Assembly (NCBI GenBank): GCA_049724395.1
Contig: JAUGWO010000139.1
Span: forward strand, 124,001 to 169,192
Direction: 5' to 3'
Length of the DNA stretch: 45,192 bases
From: Spongospora subterranea f. sp. subterranea
Taxonomy: Eukaryota
Below, in pieces: positions 1 to 12,827 of the stretch. The stretch's first letter is position 1. The number at the start of each line of letters is the position of its first letter. A program made the translations under genes and the position numbers. The notes under the pieces were generated by a model. That model was not told where the DNA came from. It was given only the letters and a program-made list of their open reading frames with translations, and did not search any database.

Positions 1-1
1 T

Positions 2-1496
2 TTATCGCTTCTGGTCACTCCGCCGAACAATAACTACTCTCCTGCTTCCATTTTGTCGATGCAAGATCACATCACATTGAACATTTTCGATTTGGTCTAT
101 CTTGAGGATTACGCCAAGGATTCTCGTCAAGTCAATACTCGTGTCAGACGAACCGAGAAGCGATGGTTGGGTCGCGTCTCGATCCCGATCGTGACAATCT
201 ACCTAAATCGCGTCATCGAAGGTCATCTGCGAGTTCAAACCCCATTGACCAATCTGGGATATGAAGCAATTGAGCCAGCTCGCCCTACGATCTTGTATAT
301 ATTTGCTACAATGGACCCATTGCTAACCCTTCCGCCTCAGCTGCCTCCCGTTGAAGAATGGGCTCTCGAGTCACGCTTATGCCGTTATGCATCAGCATGG
401 CTTGCTAGTATCAAATCCTTACCTCAATGTCGAAATCGCGAGATCATGGCATTGTCTCAAGACATAGCTGGTAATGCAGCGTTTCTTCCTCACTTCCTCG
501 CTCCAATGCAAGCCCCTATACCTCTAGCCGAAGATGAATACGTTCGGTTGCGTTTCGCGAATCCCTTTCATGCAAGACGTTCACCTTGGAGAAGGGTCTC
601 CCCGAGACGTTTGGTGCAGCGCCGCTGATTTTATGGAATTATTAGCCGGTGATTGGGAAGAGCACGCGATCCTTCTAACAAACTATTTCCTGGCGAGCGA
701 ATCGATGTATCAGTCGGGTGTCTTCACATGGAGCAGCTACGTTGTCTTGGGGATGGCGATTCCTGAAGGGAGAACCTGTATGGTACTGCGAAATAAGATG
801 ATGCACGGTATAGTGAAGGAGAGCGAGTTTATCAATGCGGTGACAGGAGATAGGTATCCATCAACAGATCAACTATGCCCAATGGTCTCTGTAGGCTGTG
901 TGTTCAATCACTGCAATATATGGGCCAATATCCAGGCCACAAGTCTCCCATCCAAAATATCGCTTCAACTTGATAATCCACAGTGTTGGAGGCCATTTTT
1001 TGATAAATCATTCCCCGAGTCCAACCAGTCGCCGTCCATATACCGAGACCCTCCTGTATATCGCTCCTGTCCCGATACTTATTATTTGTCGCGGGCTCAG
1101 GCTGTCGAGCGGATTATCGAGCAAAAGTTCATATCGTGGAGGAAATTACCCACATATTTCGATCATGGTATTAGCCAAATTTTGAGGGATACGCTTCAAG
1201 GGCTAGAGTTTGTAGCACAGGGCAGATCTGTCCAGTCTGACGATAAAGATATCGACAAGGTTCGCTCGCTATTTACCGGTATGTATGGGTATCCGATTAG
1301 TTTTCCTGATGCCGGTGATGATTCAGTAGTATCGAATTCAATGTCGAATCCCATTGTCCAAGCATTGTACGAAATGAAATTTCACGACAACGACAATAAG
1401 AACGTTCGTTTTGCGCGTGCTGTTCACATATATCCATATCCCAACGGAGTCGGATCTCTCTGGGTATATTTCGCTGCACTAGTCACAAATTATTGA
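2..1496 (+). CDS. CC2D2A: CC2D2A/MKS6 ciliary transition-zone protein, 3' part (C2 domain + CEP76/DRC7-like C-terminal region); 5'-truncated by the window; one +1 frameshift near 550
   Basis: Motifs PNNNYSPASI, LNIFDLV, EKRWLGRVSIPIVTIYLN...IEG, VSRIPF, FMELLAGDWEEHAILLTNYF, GMAIPEG, VGCVFNHCNIWANIQ and VHIYPYPNGVGSLWVYFAAL match CC2D2A as I recall it. ORFs 53-628 and 534-1496 join if one base (~G550) is removed, giving EYVRFVSRIPF. Confidence 0.9.
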
Positions 1497-1580
1497 TTGG
1501 AACCGCTAATGGCATTTGCATATTTATCTAATGAACACCGTCTCGTTATCTCAGTTCAGCTAGTAACTCAAATTAGCTCT

Positions 1581-3454
1581 TCAAACGAATGTCGATGGAT
1601 ATGAATTTTTGAGATAACCTGATCCAACCTCTTGGACTATATGTTCTCCATGTTATCGGCTGCTGTTTGCCATGATGAACACATCTATACCAATCTTATA
1701 ATAAGCACCATGAATGGTTTGACTATTCGAGCCGTAAACAACCTTCTGGGCATGGTGAAGCTGGATCCTCACGAAGGATTGGGCCAGTTTCTTAATGGTC
1801 TGTTGTTTACCTTCTTGAAACCGATCGAATTCACGAAACACTTCCTCGGTTATCTTAGCAAGTTGAACTTCGGATTCGGTTTCCGCTTTTAGCAAGTTAG
1901 ATGTTTCCTCTATAATAAAAGTTGTCAACAACACTGATCGTTAATTTCTGAAAATTTCTCAAACCCTCCAACACTGCTATTTTTTCATCCGTCGACTTCC
2001 CTCTCATACTATCGAGTTTTTCTTTTCTTGATTTATATGCTTCAGCAGCTCGTTGGACAGCATTTGACGCATCAGAACGTGCTGAAAAGAGTAAGATACC
2101 GATCGCATCATGTTTTTTGAAGCAAAAACTCACCTCGCAAAGCGTCCTCGACCGCATGGATTATTTCTATCAGGTCTTTGAGCGGTTCTTTGAATTCTCT
2201 TGATTCTTTATCTAGTCGATCCGATGTTAATACCGATACGCGATCTGCGCTTAGACCTGTTAAAAAACAATCGAAATGAGGTCAAAGACTCTCACACTAG
2301 AACATCCTGACCGATCTGGTTCAAACACCCTCCAGAAACACTCTGGCCTTTTTGGGTTTCGGTATCGGCGAATATGGTCAGAGATAAACCGAAATCAGAC
2401 CACAGTTGAACTGCATCTATAAGCGCATTGGTGAATCTCTGGGTACTTCAATCGCAAAAAATGCAGAAACACCTTTATGAAATCCTGACAAAGGCTGGTA
2501 GGCCCTCATGCAATTATTGGCATGTTTTAAAGATAAGGATACAGATTCCGCAATTGTATCAATGCGAATATCATCGTTAGTTTTAAAAGATTGTGACGAT
2601 GGGCCTAATATCGAGCCTTGAACCTGAACAAAAACAGGTTGAGATCTTGAAAAGACACGAATTTTTCCTCGTACAGATTGGATTTTCTGATTTACAAAAT
2701 TCAGCCAAGTTGCTGACGATAAGGCAGTATCTGATGCAGACCCAGCTGCTTTCACAGCAGTGAACTCCTGTACAACAATACACAGATGATCACTCAGTTC
2801 ATCTGTTCGACGTTATCCAATGTTCACGAACCGTGTCATTTGACATTAGAAATACAGCCAACGACGAGCATTCTTTCAGATTGGAATGCGCTATGACGCC
2901 TTCCAAGAATATATTCAGGCCCCTCAGCCGTTTTTCTATGAATCTTGGTTTCATCGCTCCTAAAATCAACGACGTGTCATTTTCGTGTCAATGAACGTTC
3001 AAGCACTGATCCCAAATACCGAGTACTGTACGAGGAGGCAATGTTGGAACAATTGAGCCAGGGCATTTGGCTAATAGTTCATCACGTAACCAAGAAAAAT
3101 CAGAGAATCGCCTGCGAACCTGGTAATGGCGAGGCGATCCATTCTCACACTGTCTCTGTTCATCACGAACAAGGATTCAACAACAGGGTCAGAACGATCA
3201 TTCGCAATGTCCAACCTTGGATTCGATCTGGTAAAAGATCACCTTCGCCGATCCTTGTTTCTGTGGGTCGGATACCTTCGCTGCAATCACGCCAGGTTCT
3301 TATAACCTGAACATAACGAATGCATTACCGCTGAACCGAGTCGTGAAATGAGACAGGATCATGAACGGTGCCGAACCTGTTGAGACGATGGTAATTCCTG
3401 CTCGCATTCAGGCGAATCCCTCAAATCTATCTCCTCAGACGCCAGATCGGCCAT
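1581..3454 (-). CDS. PX-BAR sorting nexin (SNX1/2/Vps5-like), multi-exon; start and stop approximate
   Basis: Manual splicing of 3300-2830 gives a PX domain: VSDPQKQG...YQVRRRFSDFSWLRDELLAKCPGSIVPTLPPR...FIEKRLRGLNIFLEGVIAHSNL. The C-terminal exons (ORFs 1897-2157, 1653-1934) give a Vps5-type BAR helix, ITEEVFREFDRFQEGKQQTIKKLAQSFVRIQ. Confidence 0.8.
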
Positions 3455-4458
3455 CGCAATGGACCTGCGACCAGATTCTGAGTAAGATACGTTCTCTTAA
3501 TTCGGACTCCCTGAAATTGATAATTTCTCGGACGATTTGATAGTTTTATCCGGTCATGAACGGCGGAGACTCGTACTTTATGGGCAATCAGGTTTTCACT
3601 TATGGACGTTATTGCCGATCATCGCCAAATATAATCGCAAGTGCTGGACGATGATTCAGGGTTGATGAGCCAGTTAACCGATGACGCGATGGATGAATTG
3701 ACTGTCGAGACTGGGGTGACCGGGACTATCGCCATCTAATGCTGATTGTGTTTTAACCATTGATAGACCAGCCCTGAATCTTCATTGGGGAATGATTCGT
3801 GTGTTATGAAGTCGAAAACTAGGATTGGGCGACGAGAACGATAAGAAACCTTCATCAAAACTTCAGCATTCATTTTAAAGCAACGAGTTTTATATTTTTT
3901 GATAAATAATTGATGTTTTTGAGTGAATGAGCCCAATGGCTGTCTTTGGTTGGTCGTGAAATGAAACTCCCTTGGTTGTATATTCAATACACTACCTCCA
4001 TCCCAATTACCCACAAGCATATGGTCACACTTGGACAAACACTTCAAAACGGCAGTTTCTGCCAGGTCAAATGAGCAGAACATACCATTGTTAGACGACA
4101 TTATCACCATCATCATTGAACGTGGGCGATTTGAAGATCAACCTGATATCCGCTACCGCCCCCTACCACACCTGTATCGCTAAACCCCACAGTGGTGTTG
4201 GCGGGTAGTGTACATTGATGCACTGTCCTCTACACTAGCAAGTGTCCAACTGTATACACTGGTGCCTGTCTAATATACACCTTCTCCTCATCGAATAAGT
4301 TATCGTTTGGCGGATTACACGGTTCGAACCAATTAATCAACTCCCAGAACTGATTTGATTCACATCATTGGGTTCTCCCTCGTGATTATAAACTGCAGTG
4401 TTTGCAGACAAAACCTATATTTGTGTGCTGAGACGCTTCGTCATTGACAAAGAGTACC

Positions 4459-6410
4459 ATGGAGAAGCAATTGAGTTCTTCTAACACTCCTGGACGGAAG
4501 GCCCGTACACCATTTAAATCTAAACCTACAGGCAATACACCTTTTGCCGACCGATTCATTCCAGTCAGGTCGAACTTAGATCAAGACTTACAAGTGCATG
4601 CGTTGCAGCAAACTGCCAGAGTATTTATCATTGCATTGATTTCGACCCGCACATGTTCTCATGGCAAATTTCTAGGTTTCAAAAGAGAACTGGCAACCTC
4701 TTCCTGATGGAGAATCTGTTTCAGTAGAGCGGTTGGAACCCCATCTGTTATTGATTGGTCCATGGTCTTTGACTGACGGGAATTTCTAGATTTCAAAATC
4801 ATCTGACCGGATCTTTATTTCCCGACACCTGTTCCAACGGCAATGATCCTTCAAAATTCGGCATGCGTATCTTGTCCTTCAGGCAAAAGGCACCACAACC
4901 TCCTTTAGAACATCAGAACAATCTTAGAGTTCTTTATACACAGAATCGGTTAATGATGCCGGGATCTGGAATACCTCAAGGTCAGACATTCCCTTTTTTT
5001 TTCTACAACATCTGGACTTAGTTATTATGAAAGTTCGTCGCCATCGATTTGTATCTTCTTCAGCGGAAAGGGTGCTCGACGCTCCTGATCTCTTAGATGA
5101 CTATTATGTCAATCTTCTTGAATGGTTTGTCGTAGCGACAATGCTCACCAGAATTGCGCTGAATAGGAGCTTGAATTAGGTCGTCAAAAGATTTTCTGGC
5201 AGTTGGACTTGGTCAATCGCTTTACCTTTGGGATGCGAAGTCTGGCAACATCGAGTTGCTTATGGAAACTGTGGAGAATGAGGTATTGCTCGGTGATATC
5301 GCTCTGATGCCAATGTTTACCCCTTTCTAGGACTATATCACATCTGTTTCCTGGATGTCGTCTGGAACACATCTCGCTATCGGGACCACCTCGAAGCAAG
5401 TTCAGCTATGGGACGTTCAGAACAAGAAAAAAGTCAGAGTAATGAAGGGCCATCAAGGCAGGGTCTGCTCATTAGCTTGGAATAAGTAAGCATATAATGG
5501 GGGCGTAATCAACGAAAGCTTAATCTGTGAGTAGGCATATTCTCTCTAGTGGCTCCAGAGACTCCAACATTTTTAATCACGACGTTCGGGTTAGCGAACA
5601 CCATATATCTACATTTTCTGGACACAGTTTAGAGGTATTCAGTTGTATTTGCACACAAATCTTTTCTGATTTTCTTTTTCCAACAAAGGTTTGTGGCCTG
5701 GCATGGAGCCCTGATGGTACCCAATTAGCTTCGGGAGGAAATGATAACTTATGCAATATCTGGGAAATCAACCAAGCTTCACAGCCGCGCCACGTCTTTA
5801 CCGATCATACAGCAGCGGTCAAGGTCAGTTATCGATTCGCCATTGGGTAAATTTCAGTAGTAAACTATCGTCATTAGGCACTTGCGTGGTCTCCACATAG
5901 TCGTCATCTGCTGTCGACCGGAGGCGGTACTTCTGATAGACATATTCGTTTTTGGAACACTACAACTGGAGCTTGCCTAAATCATATTGATACCAACTCA
6001 CAGGTATTCATTACTGTCAACACGATAAGTTTAGATAGATTGACGGGTTTAGGTCTGCGGCCTGGTGTGGAACCCTCATGAGAACGAGATACTTTCTGCT
6101 CACGGATTCTCCAAGAATCAGCTAACTCTCTGGAAATATCCTTCACTAGGTTTGGATGCTTCTTCAATTTGACATCAAAATACGCTGAATTTTCATACTA
6201 GGTCGAGTGACTGATTTAATTGGACACACATCCAGGGTTCTCCATCTTGCACTCTCCAGTGATGGAACGACTGTGTGCTCCGCCGCAGCCGACGAGACCT
6301 TGAGATTTTGGAAAGTTTTCGAGCCAGTGAAGCCCAACGTCAAAGGGCTGTCCGCCAAGCGCTCTGATCAGAAACCGGAAAGAAAATTGAACAGCATGAG
6401 CATTCGCTAG
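4459..6410 (+). CDS. CDC20: CDC20/Fizzy APC/C co-activator, WD40 protein, multi-exon
   Basis: C-box DRFIPVR, RILSF (KILR-like) motif, [22 protein letters not shown]40 repeats ([50 protein letters not shown]) and a C-terminal IR tail (MSIR-stop). Confidence 0.93.
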
Positions 6411-6583
6411 AAAGATCAATAAAAAATGTCAAATGTTATCAATCGAGCTGCATTGACCAAACATGCCCACGCAGGCCAAACTTAGGGGGTGGAGTCGGGA
6501 TAAGTGTATATAAAGTGACATGGAGCGGAGCTGGAACTTGATCGACAGCGTCATTAGTGCAATCTCGACCGTGATCTGCTCTA

Positions 6584-8447
6584 ATGTTCGGGTTGGCGGC
6601 GCTCGATAATCAGATCGGGCCACGGCAATCAGTGCTGCCGTTGCTCATTGAGGTGAAGGAACTTCTGCAGCAAAACCTCTATACTAGCGCGGCGCTACTT
6701 GGCCAGTTCCTGGTTAGTCAAGCCAAAGGGCAACCACTAGCAAGCACCGAAGATGCACGACTTGAGCAAATCGGTCGGCAGTCTTAGATTTGAATTTATA
6801 TTGCAAGTTGCTGAGTATTCTCGTTTGTTAGAGGCTACAGTTTTACTGGGGGATTCATTTCATGGTCTAAAAGAATACCAAAGAGCTATTGGCAAGTACG
6901 AGGGGGCTCTTCAATTGAATCAGCTATATCGGACTATACCGTCAAACGATAATAGATCACTCATCGCCGACTCTATTCGAATGAAAATAGCTCTGTCCTT
7001 AATCAATCTTGGTGCGGACCATGACAAAGGTGCGATTGACGTTCTCGAAGCCATAAGTCAGAAGAGTTTGCAATGCCATCAATTGCTGGCATCGCTTTAC
7101 CAGAAAGCAGGAAGGACCAAAGCCGCTATTTTGGAGTATCGGAAAGTTTTGGAGGGAAATCCAATGGCCATATCTGCCGCCATCGCTTTAATCAAAGTCA
7201 GTGTCATTTTCAGTTTCGTCATGTCCATAATAAGTCTGAAAACATTTTCAATCAGCTAGGTGTTGATTCATCTACCGTTTCGGCACCATACAAGAAAAGC
7301 ACTCATCAATGGATCAGCAACCTATTAGATGCCCATGGCAAATCCGCCCTTCACGAACATCGCTCAGCGTTAGCGACGTTCTCAATGCTCTCACTACGAT
7401 TTCCTAACAATTATAATTTGCTGATACACAAAGCCAGCACTCAATTGCATTTATCGGATGCTGATGACGCCCGCACAACTTTCAGTCTCGCGCATCAGTG
7501 TGACCCTTACGCTTTAGAATTCATGGATATGTATGCTTGGGTTCTCCGAATGAGGAGTCAGGCATCTGAGCTCGGTATTTTCTTCGTGTCCTCAATTTAC
7601 TGCTGAGTTGACTGCAATGCTCAGGATCCATTACACAGACTTTGTTAAATCTAGATCAATCGAGACCTGAGCCGTGGGTGGCTGTCGCATTATATTGCGA
7701 TCAACGGGGAGATCGAGAAAGGGGTATGGAAAACTGTTTTCAAATAATTGTGGATGCTCAATTTTGACTGTCATTGCAGCTATCAAGTTCTTGGACAAGG
7801 CGATTTCTCTGGCTCCTCGACATATTGCTGCATATCTAGTCAAGGGATTCATCTCTCTTGCTATGGGCAGCGCTGAAGCGGCAGTACAAGCTTATAAACA
7901 AGCTCATCAGATCGATTGGCGTGAACTTGATGCATATACGGGATTGGTGGAAAGCTATTTGGCATTGCCGCAGTTCAATGATGCATTATTCATCGCTAAG
8001 GCCGCCATTCAGGCACTTCCTAGAAACGCCAGGGCATTAACTCTCTTTGGTACCGTGCTTTCACGAACTCCTGAAGGTCGCGAAAAAGCGGGCAAAGCTT
8101 TCATGAAGGCACTGTCAATCGATCCGAAGTGTATTGACGCGGTACTTGCTCTAGTCAAATTGTGCATTGCACAAAAGCAGTTTCCGGAAGCTATTGCTTT
8201 GTTAGAGCAGCATCTCGCTCACCATCCAACTGACGTTATGCACACAAAACTTGCAGGAGTTTATGCTCAAAGTGGCAACATTGATCGCGCCCTCATTCAT
8301 TATCATACCGCGCTGAGTCTAACGCCTGAATCACGCTCTGCCCTTTCTGGAATAGAGCGACTTGAGGCCAGTTTAAAAGATCATATGCAATCCTTTAATA
8401 CTGAAGAATCATTCGGTGAATCTGATTTCGAACCAGTTTACCAATAA
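6584..8447 (+). CDS. ANAPC7: Anaphase-promoting complex subunit 7 (TPR protein), multi-exon
   Basis: The N-terminus LLQQNLYTSAALLGQFLVS...LLGDSFHGLKEYQRAIGKYEGAL resembles APC7. TPR arrays include DPYALEFMDMYAWVL, RPEPWVAV, AYTGLVESYLA, NARALTLFGTVL and ALIHYHTALSLTP...ALSGIERLE. Confidence 0.82.
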
Positions 8448-8535
8448 TTATATATTTGACATTGTATTTTCATATTTATCTCAAATATTAACAGTATAGA
8501 TTTTGTCTGGGTTTATTTTGGAATTGCGTGCTCGG

Positions 8536-10580
8536 CTATAATTTCGAGTCCGTTAATGGCATAACGACTACAGCATTAATGATCGGCATTGACGAGTTGG
8601 GAGCGCAAACTATAATCCTAATCTCTCTCGCCGACTCTAATGTGCTTGTTGATGCGATTACAGTGATATCTGTATGAAAGTTCACGGATGGCACGATAAT
8701 CGGGATATTCATGCAGGATTTATCAGTTGAATACAATTTCTGGTCAAAATATAAGCTTACTGGAACGTTAAATAATGCAGCATTGCTGTTATTCTTGAAT
8801 GTCAACCTTATTTTGAACTTAGGGCCCATACCCAGTACTTGGACGCTTAGGCGAAGATTGGACCCAACATTTGATATGGTCCCTTGCCCTTTAGTGATTA
8901 CTTTGATGAATTCCCGAGCTGTTGAAAGTCGCAAGAGGGCAAGGTCGCGCTGAAATACTAAGTGCATTTTGGCAGCATTTTCTCTCTCGCGATTCATTTG
9001 ATCGACATATAATTGAGTTCGCTTGGGAATTTGCAACAGATGATCTTGTTCAACTGATGATCCTCCGTTGTTCCCAGCTGTTGGTTTAGAATCTAGTTGA
9101 GCCTGCCTTTGTAATATTTTTACGACGATGGATCCAGATACCGTGACCATGATCAAGGTCGCATCTTCTCTACCGCATTGACCAAACTTCATAGATACAA
9201 CTGCAGAGCCTGCGCTGACAGAAGCCAGCACTTGGTTGCCATCGTAGAGACGTACCTTTTTAGCAAATCAGAATAATTTTTTTAACACGATTCAGTGGTG
9301 CAAACCGACCTCCCCATTGCTAAGAGCAATCATTGCACCGTGCAGTACAGATGCGCGTTTCAATTGGAATTTAGAAAACGCAGTGATAGTATGGGGAAGC
9401 TGGACGGTGAAAGTCAGGCTACCTTTCACATTATATCCATAAAATGCATCATTCATGCATGCAACGAGGACGTGCTTCGCAAATACAAGCACGCCGCACA
9501 CTTCACTCTCAGTCTCGATGACGTTGCCCGCCGTTTTTCCGTTCTTGATTGAATAAACTCGACAGTTGCGACATCCAACCACAATGCGATAATTTACGTC
9601 AAAAACCCCGGATGTGTCTAAAAAGGCGGGAACGCTTCCAATGTCGATCTGACCGGTCATTGTTTGAGAACAACATTCAACATTTTGAAAGTTATGTACC
9701 TGCTTGGCAATTTTCATTGCGGTTTGGGTCAGAATGATGATGTGCCCTGATTCTGTGCCAAGTACGGCAAGACTTACCGCCCGCTCCTCTTCTGATGATT
9801 TGTTCAACGACGACATGCACGTTATTGGAGACGAATCTTGTAAGGAAGTTTCTTTAACAGACCGGACATACGAACTACGAGCTGATGGATTATCGAATTG
9901 GTAGCAACCGTTTGGAGCGCGAACAAAGATTTGTTCCATTATGCGATAATATTGATAATTCATTTGCAGCAGAGTCAGCAGTTACTGAATCATTCTGTAG
10001 ACGCATCCATATATCTGCTTCTTCAACAGATGGATCAATCGGCGGCACGATGAACTTATAAAACGGCCTGTTTCTAGCGTCATTGTTTGTTCAATGTTTG
10101 AGTTTTAAAAAGAAACTTGCCTCAGATTCCTATATATATAAAGGGTGGGCCCCGATGCAATCGCTATCATAGGAATCTGTGGAGTCCCAACTTCATGATA
10201 AAGAGCCTCGATTGCTGTGGGTTCGTCGAGGAGGGACATTTCCGATATGATGGTCTTCCCCTTAAAAACCCTCAACAAACGGTTGCTTTGGGCGATCATG
10301 ATCTTGAAATCTCCATCCCCTGTTAGGTCTGCGGTTATCAAACAACCAGGAGATATGCGAACATTTGCCAGAGGATCTTCCCATGCGTTGAGCCACGTTT
10401 TTTGCGCCGTTTGCGCATTCTAAAATGATGTTGAAAAATCGTTTGAAATTTTGGCTTGCTACATACGGAGCCTATAGTCAAGGACTGTTTCTTTGGCAAG
10501 CTGTGATTGCCGTACAGATCGGTTTGTTCCGCGATCGTTTTACCTCCTTCCTGACTGGATCTCACCTGTGTGTCCGACAT
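8536..10580 (-). CDS. BBS1: Bardet-Biedl syndrome 1 (BBSome) protein, multi-exon
   Basis: After an intron at ~10466-10420 the reading is TWLNAWEDPLANV...ITADLTGDGDFKIMIA. Other motifs are IAIASGPTLYIYRNLRP, ITCMSSLNKS, VLGTESG, MKFGQCGRED, KRTQLYVDQMNRERENAAKMHLVFQRDLALLRL and VLGMGPKFKI. Confidence 0.93.
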
Positions 10581-10871
10581 AAGGTTCTGGAAACGTCTTT
10601 GCAGAAGGAGTTGAATAATGACAAGTTCTCGTGTAGAGCTATAGACAAGAGAGGCCGCATCGCTACAGGTTATGGGTTACGAAACATATACACACTGCTA
10701 TACGATTCATCCCTCAGATTCACATCCGCGTCCACACAGCACCGCGTCTGCAACAATACCAATTTTAATCGAAGCGGTTGAATGCCACATGAGGTTTATT
10801 ATGAATAGCATCCCATATTAAAGACAATACTAAAATTCAACACAATTTATACACAGTAGATCCATTGTTCA

Positions 10872-11420
10872 TCAATCGTTTTCGGATGTGATACCAAGCG
10901 ACTTTCGTAAGCGAAATCGACGGACACGTTCACGAACGCCTGCCCGGATCTTTTCCAACCTTAGCTGTTTGTCGGATTCAGGAAGAGATTGTAAACGTTC
11001 TCTTTGTCTGAGAATATATATGAAAACACGCAAAGAGGAAATGCAAACGTCCTACATTATTCGGTACTTCCTCATGTACTCTCGTTTGTATATTGCATCG
11101 GTCTTGGATAAGTTATTTTCTGCCTTCATAACAGCCCCACCGCCAGAAATTTGGGAAGGCGCCGGTATAGATTCCGACATAGACATGCTAGCTTCTATGC
11201 TTGAGGCATCTCCTCTTGTCTTTTGATTGGTTTGATGATTACATCTTGCCACCGTCCGCAATGTTGACTTGGTTGCCCTTTTCCCGGGCTGATCAACGAC
11301 AAGTTTAGGGTTGTGTTGAACTGCTTTTTGAGTAGGCATGCATCGTTTCCGACGAGATCTTCGAAGTTCCCTGGCTTCCTCGCTGCTGGTATTTGACAGT
11401 GCGGCAACCGAACACACCAT
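10872..11420 (-). CDS. Small basic hypothetical protein (2 exons), possible DNA-binding basic helix
   Basis: ORF 11052-11420 is spliced through a GTAGGA...TTCTCAG intron to an exon encoding QRERLQSLPESDKQLRLEKIRAGVRERVRRFRLRK. It contains KREYMRKYR and RERVRRFR basic motifs. Confidence 0.5.
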
Positions 11421-11798
11421 AATGTAACCGACCTGATTAAAGTGAAATCATACTCGAGCGTTATGGCTTGTTATTGCTTTGATAAAGTGGGTTACACTAT
11501 GTAACGACAGTATCTTAAGTTCCTAACTCTATGCCAGGTAACAGAGTAATACGGTGACTGTTATTCGAGGGTCACTGACTGGGCATCACTTCACTCCTGG
11601 CTTCGTTACCTCGCATCAGGCCGGCAGCACTCCACATGATGCGCCAGGCCCAAGATCATTCAATCACCCAGTGCTACGCCTGATATTAGAGCACCATTCA
11701 TGAGGAACACGGTTTCAAATAAGCTCTTTGCTTTGGATGGAGTTTGCCTATGCTGTTTTGTTTGACATTACTGTGAATGGCCAAGCAACTTAGTTTAA

Positions 11799-12605
11799 TT
11801 AGTAGTTATGAAGGTTTTTCCCATGCAGTTGTTCGATGACCTCAGGCTGGACCTCCGAAGTACAATATGGGCATTTTGCTGCACATGTGGATATTACGCT
11901 GTCGCAGAATGGGCAAGTTCGTTGACTTAATCGAATCTCGGCAAAGGTCGAATTGTACACTGCATGGCCATTCATATCACAATCCATTTGGGGAGCAGTT
12001 TGTTTTTCATTACCGTTGGCGACAATATATACTGCTAAGATAAGTATGGAAGCATTTAAACATGCCTGGAAGAATGCACCCCAATTCCTGCAATGCAATT
12101 GGAAAACAACAAAAATGGAAGAGTTTGTATACTTACAATGTCACAGCCCCTGCTTTGGCCGCTATCACAAATGGAATACTCTTAAAACTGATAGGATACA
12201 AAGCTGAGAAACAACTGACCCATTTCCACCGAATCATAAGAGCATATGGTAGCAGGCGGTCCACATTGGAGAACGATAAACATATTTTTCAACATTCCTT
12301 CTATGGCTACATTATTTGTGTCATTCACTCCGAAACAGTATTTGGTTGTATGGTCATACGCAAAAAGAACGAAACAGTCGGGGCAACAAGGTTATCAGCG
12401 AGGGATTTGACTAAGCTTGAAAAACACCCAGCGACAACCTAACACGACAGTAAAGGCACTTTCTATCATTGTACTCAACAATATTTACCAAACCCATACT
12501 CATATCGAAAACCTTCCCCGTGCCAACCAATTTGAGTAAGCCACCAAAAAACGACGCCACCCGGCGATGCGCCTTTTGTTCAAAGGAGCCATCAACACCC
12601 CTCAT
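11799..12605 (-). CDS. mscL: Large-conductance mechanosensitive channel MscL family protein with C-terminal double-CxxC zinc ribbon; 6 exons
   Basis: Manual splicing over five GT-AG introns gives LVGTGKVFDMSMGLVVAGCFSSLVKSLADNLVAPTV (MscL TM1 pattern), LKNMFIVLQCG, AAKAGAVTLNWGAFFQACLNASILILAVYIV (TM2 pattern) and RTCPFCDSVISTCAAKCPYCTS. Confidence 0.8.
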
Positions 12606-12827
12606 GAGAGTGTGTTCCTTCAGCAATTCCTGGGCGATCTCAATCGGTCGTAAGTATCATAAGCAGACTGTGCATTTACGCAATTATTTTTGTATTTTAA
12701 TGTCGTGAAGATGACTAAAATTCATTCCCTTCACTCGGAGCTGCTTGCCTTGTTTCCTCGGTATCGCCAAGCCTATGAAAAGGTATGGAATATCAAACGA
12801 TTGACCAATTTGAAAATGGTGATAATC

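Noticed and set aside
3736..4116. 126-aa minus-strand ORF upstream of the sorting nexin
   Set aside because: It has no recognisable domain or clear splice connection and cannot be supported as a gene.
11490..11640. Several short inverted repeats (GTTAC/GTAAC, GGTGAC/GTCACT, GCCAGG/CCTGGC)
   Set aside because: Stems are 5-7 bp and do not form a recognisable tRNA or snRNA fold, so they are compatible with chance.
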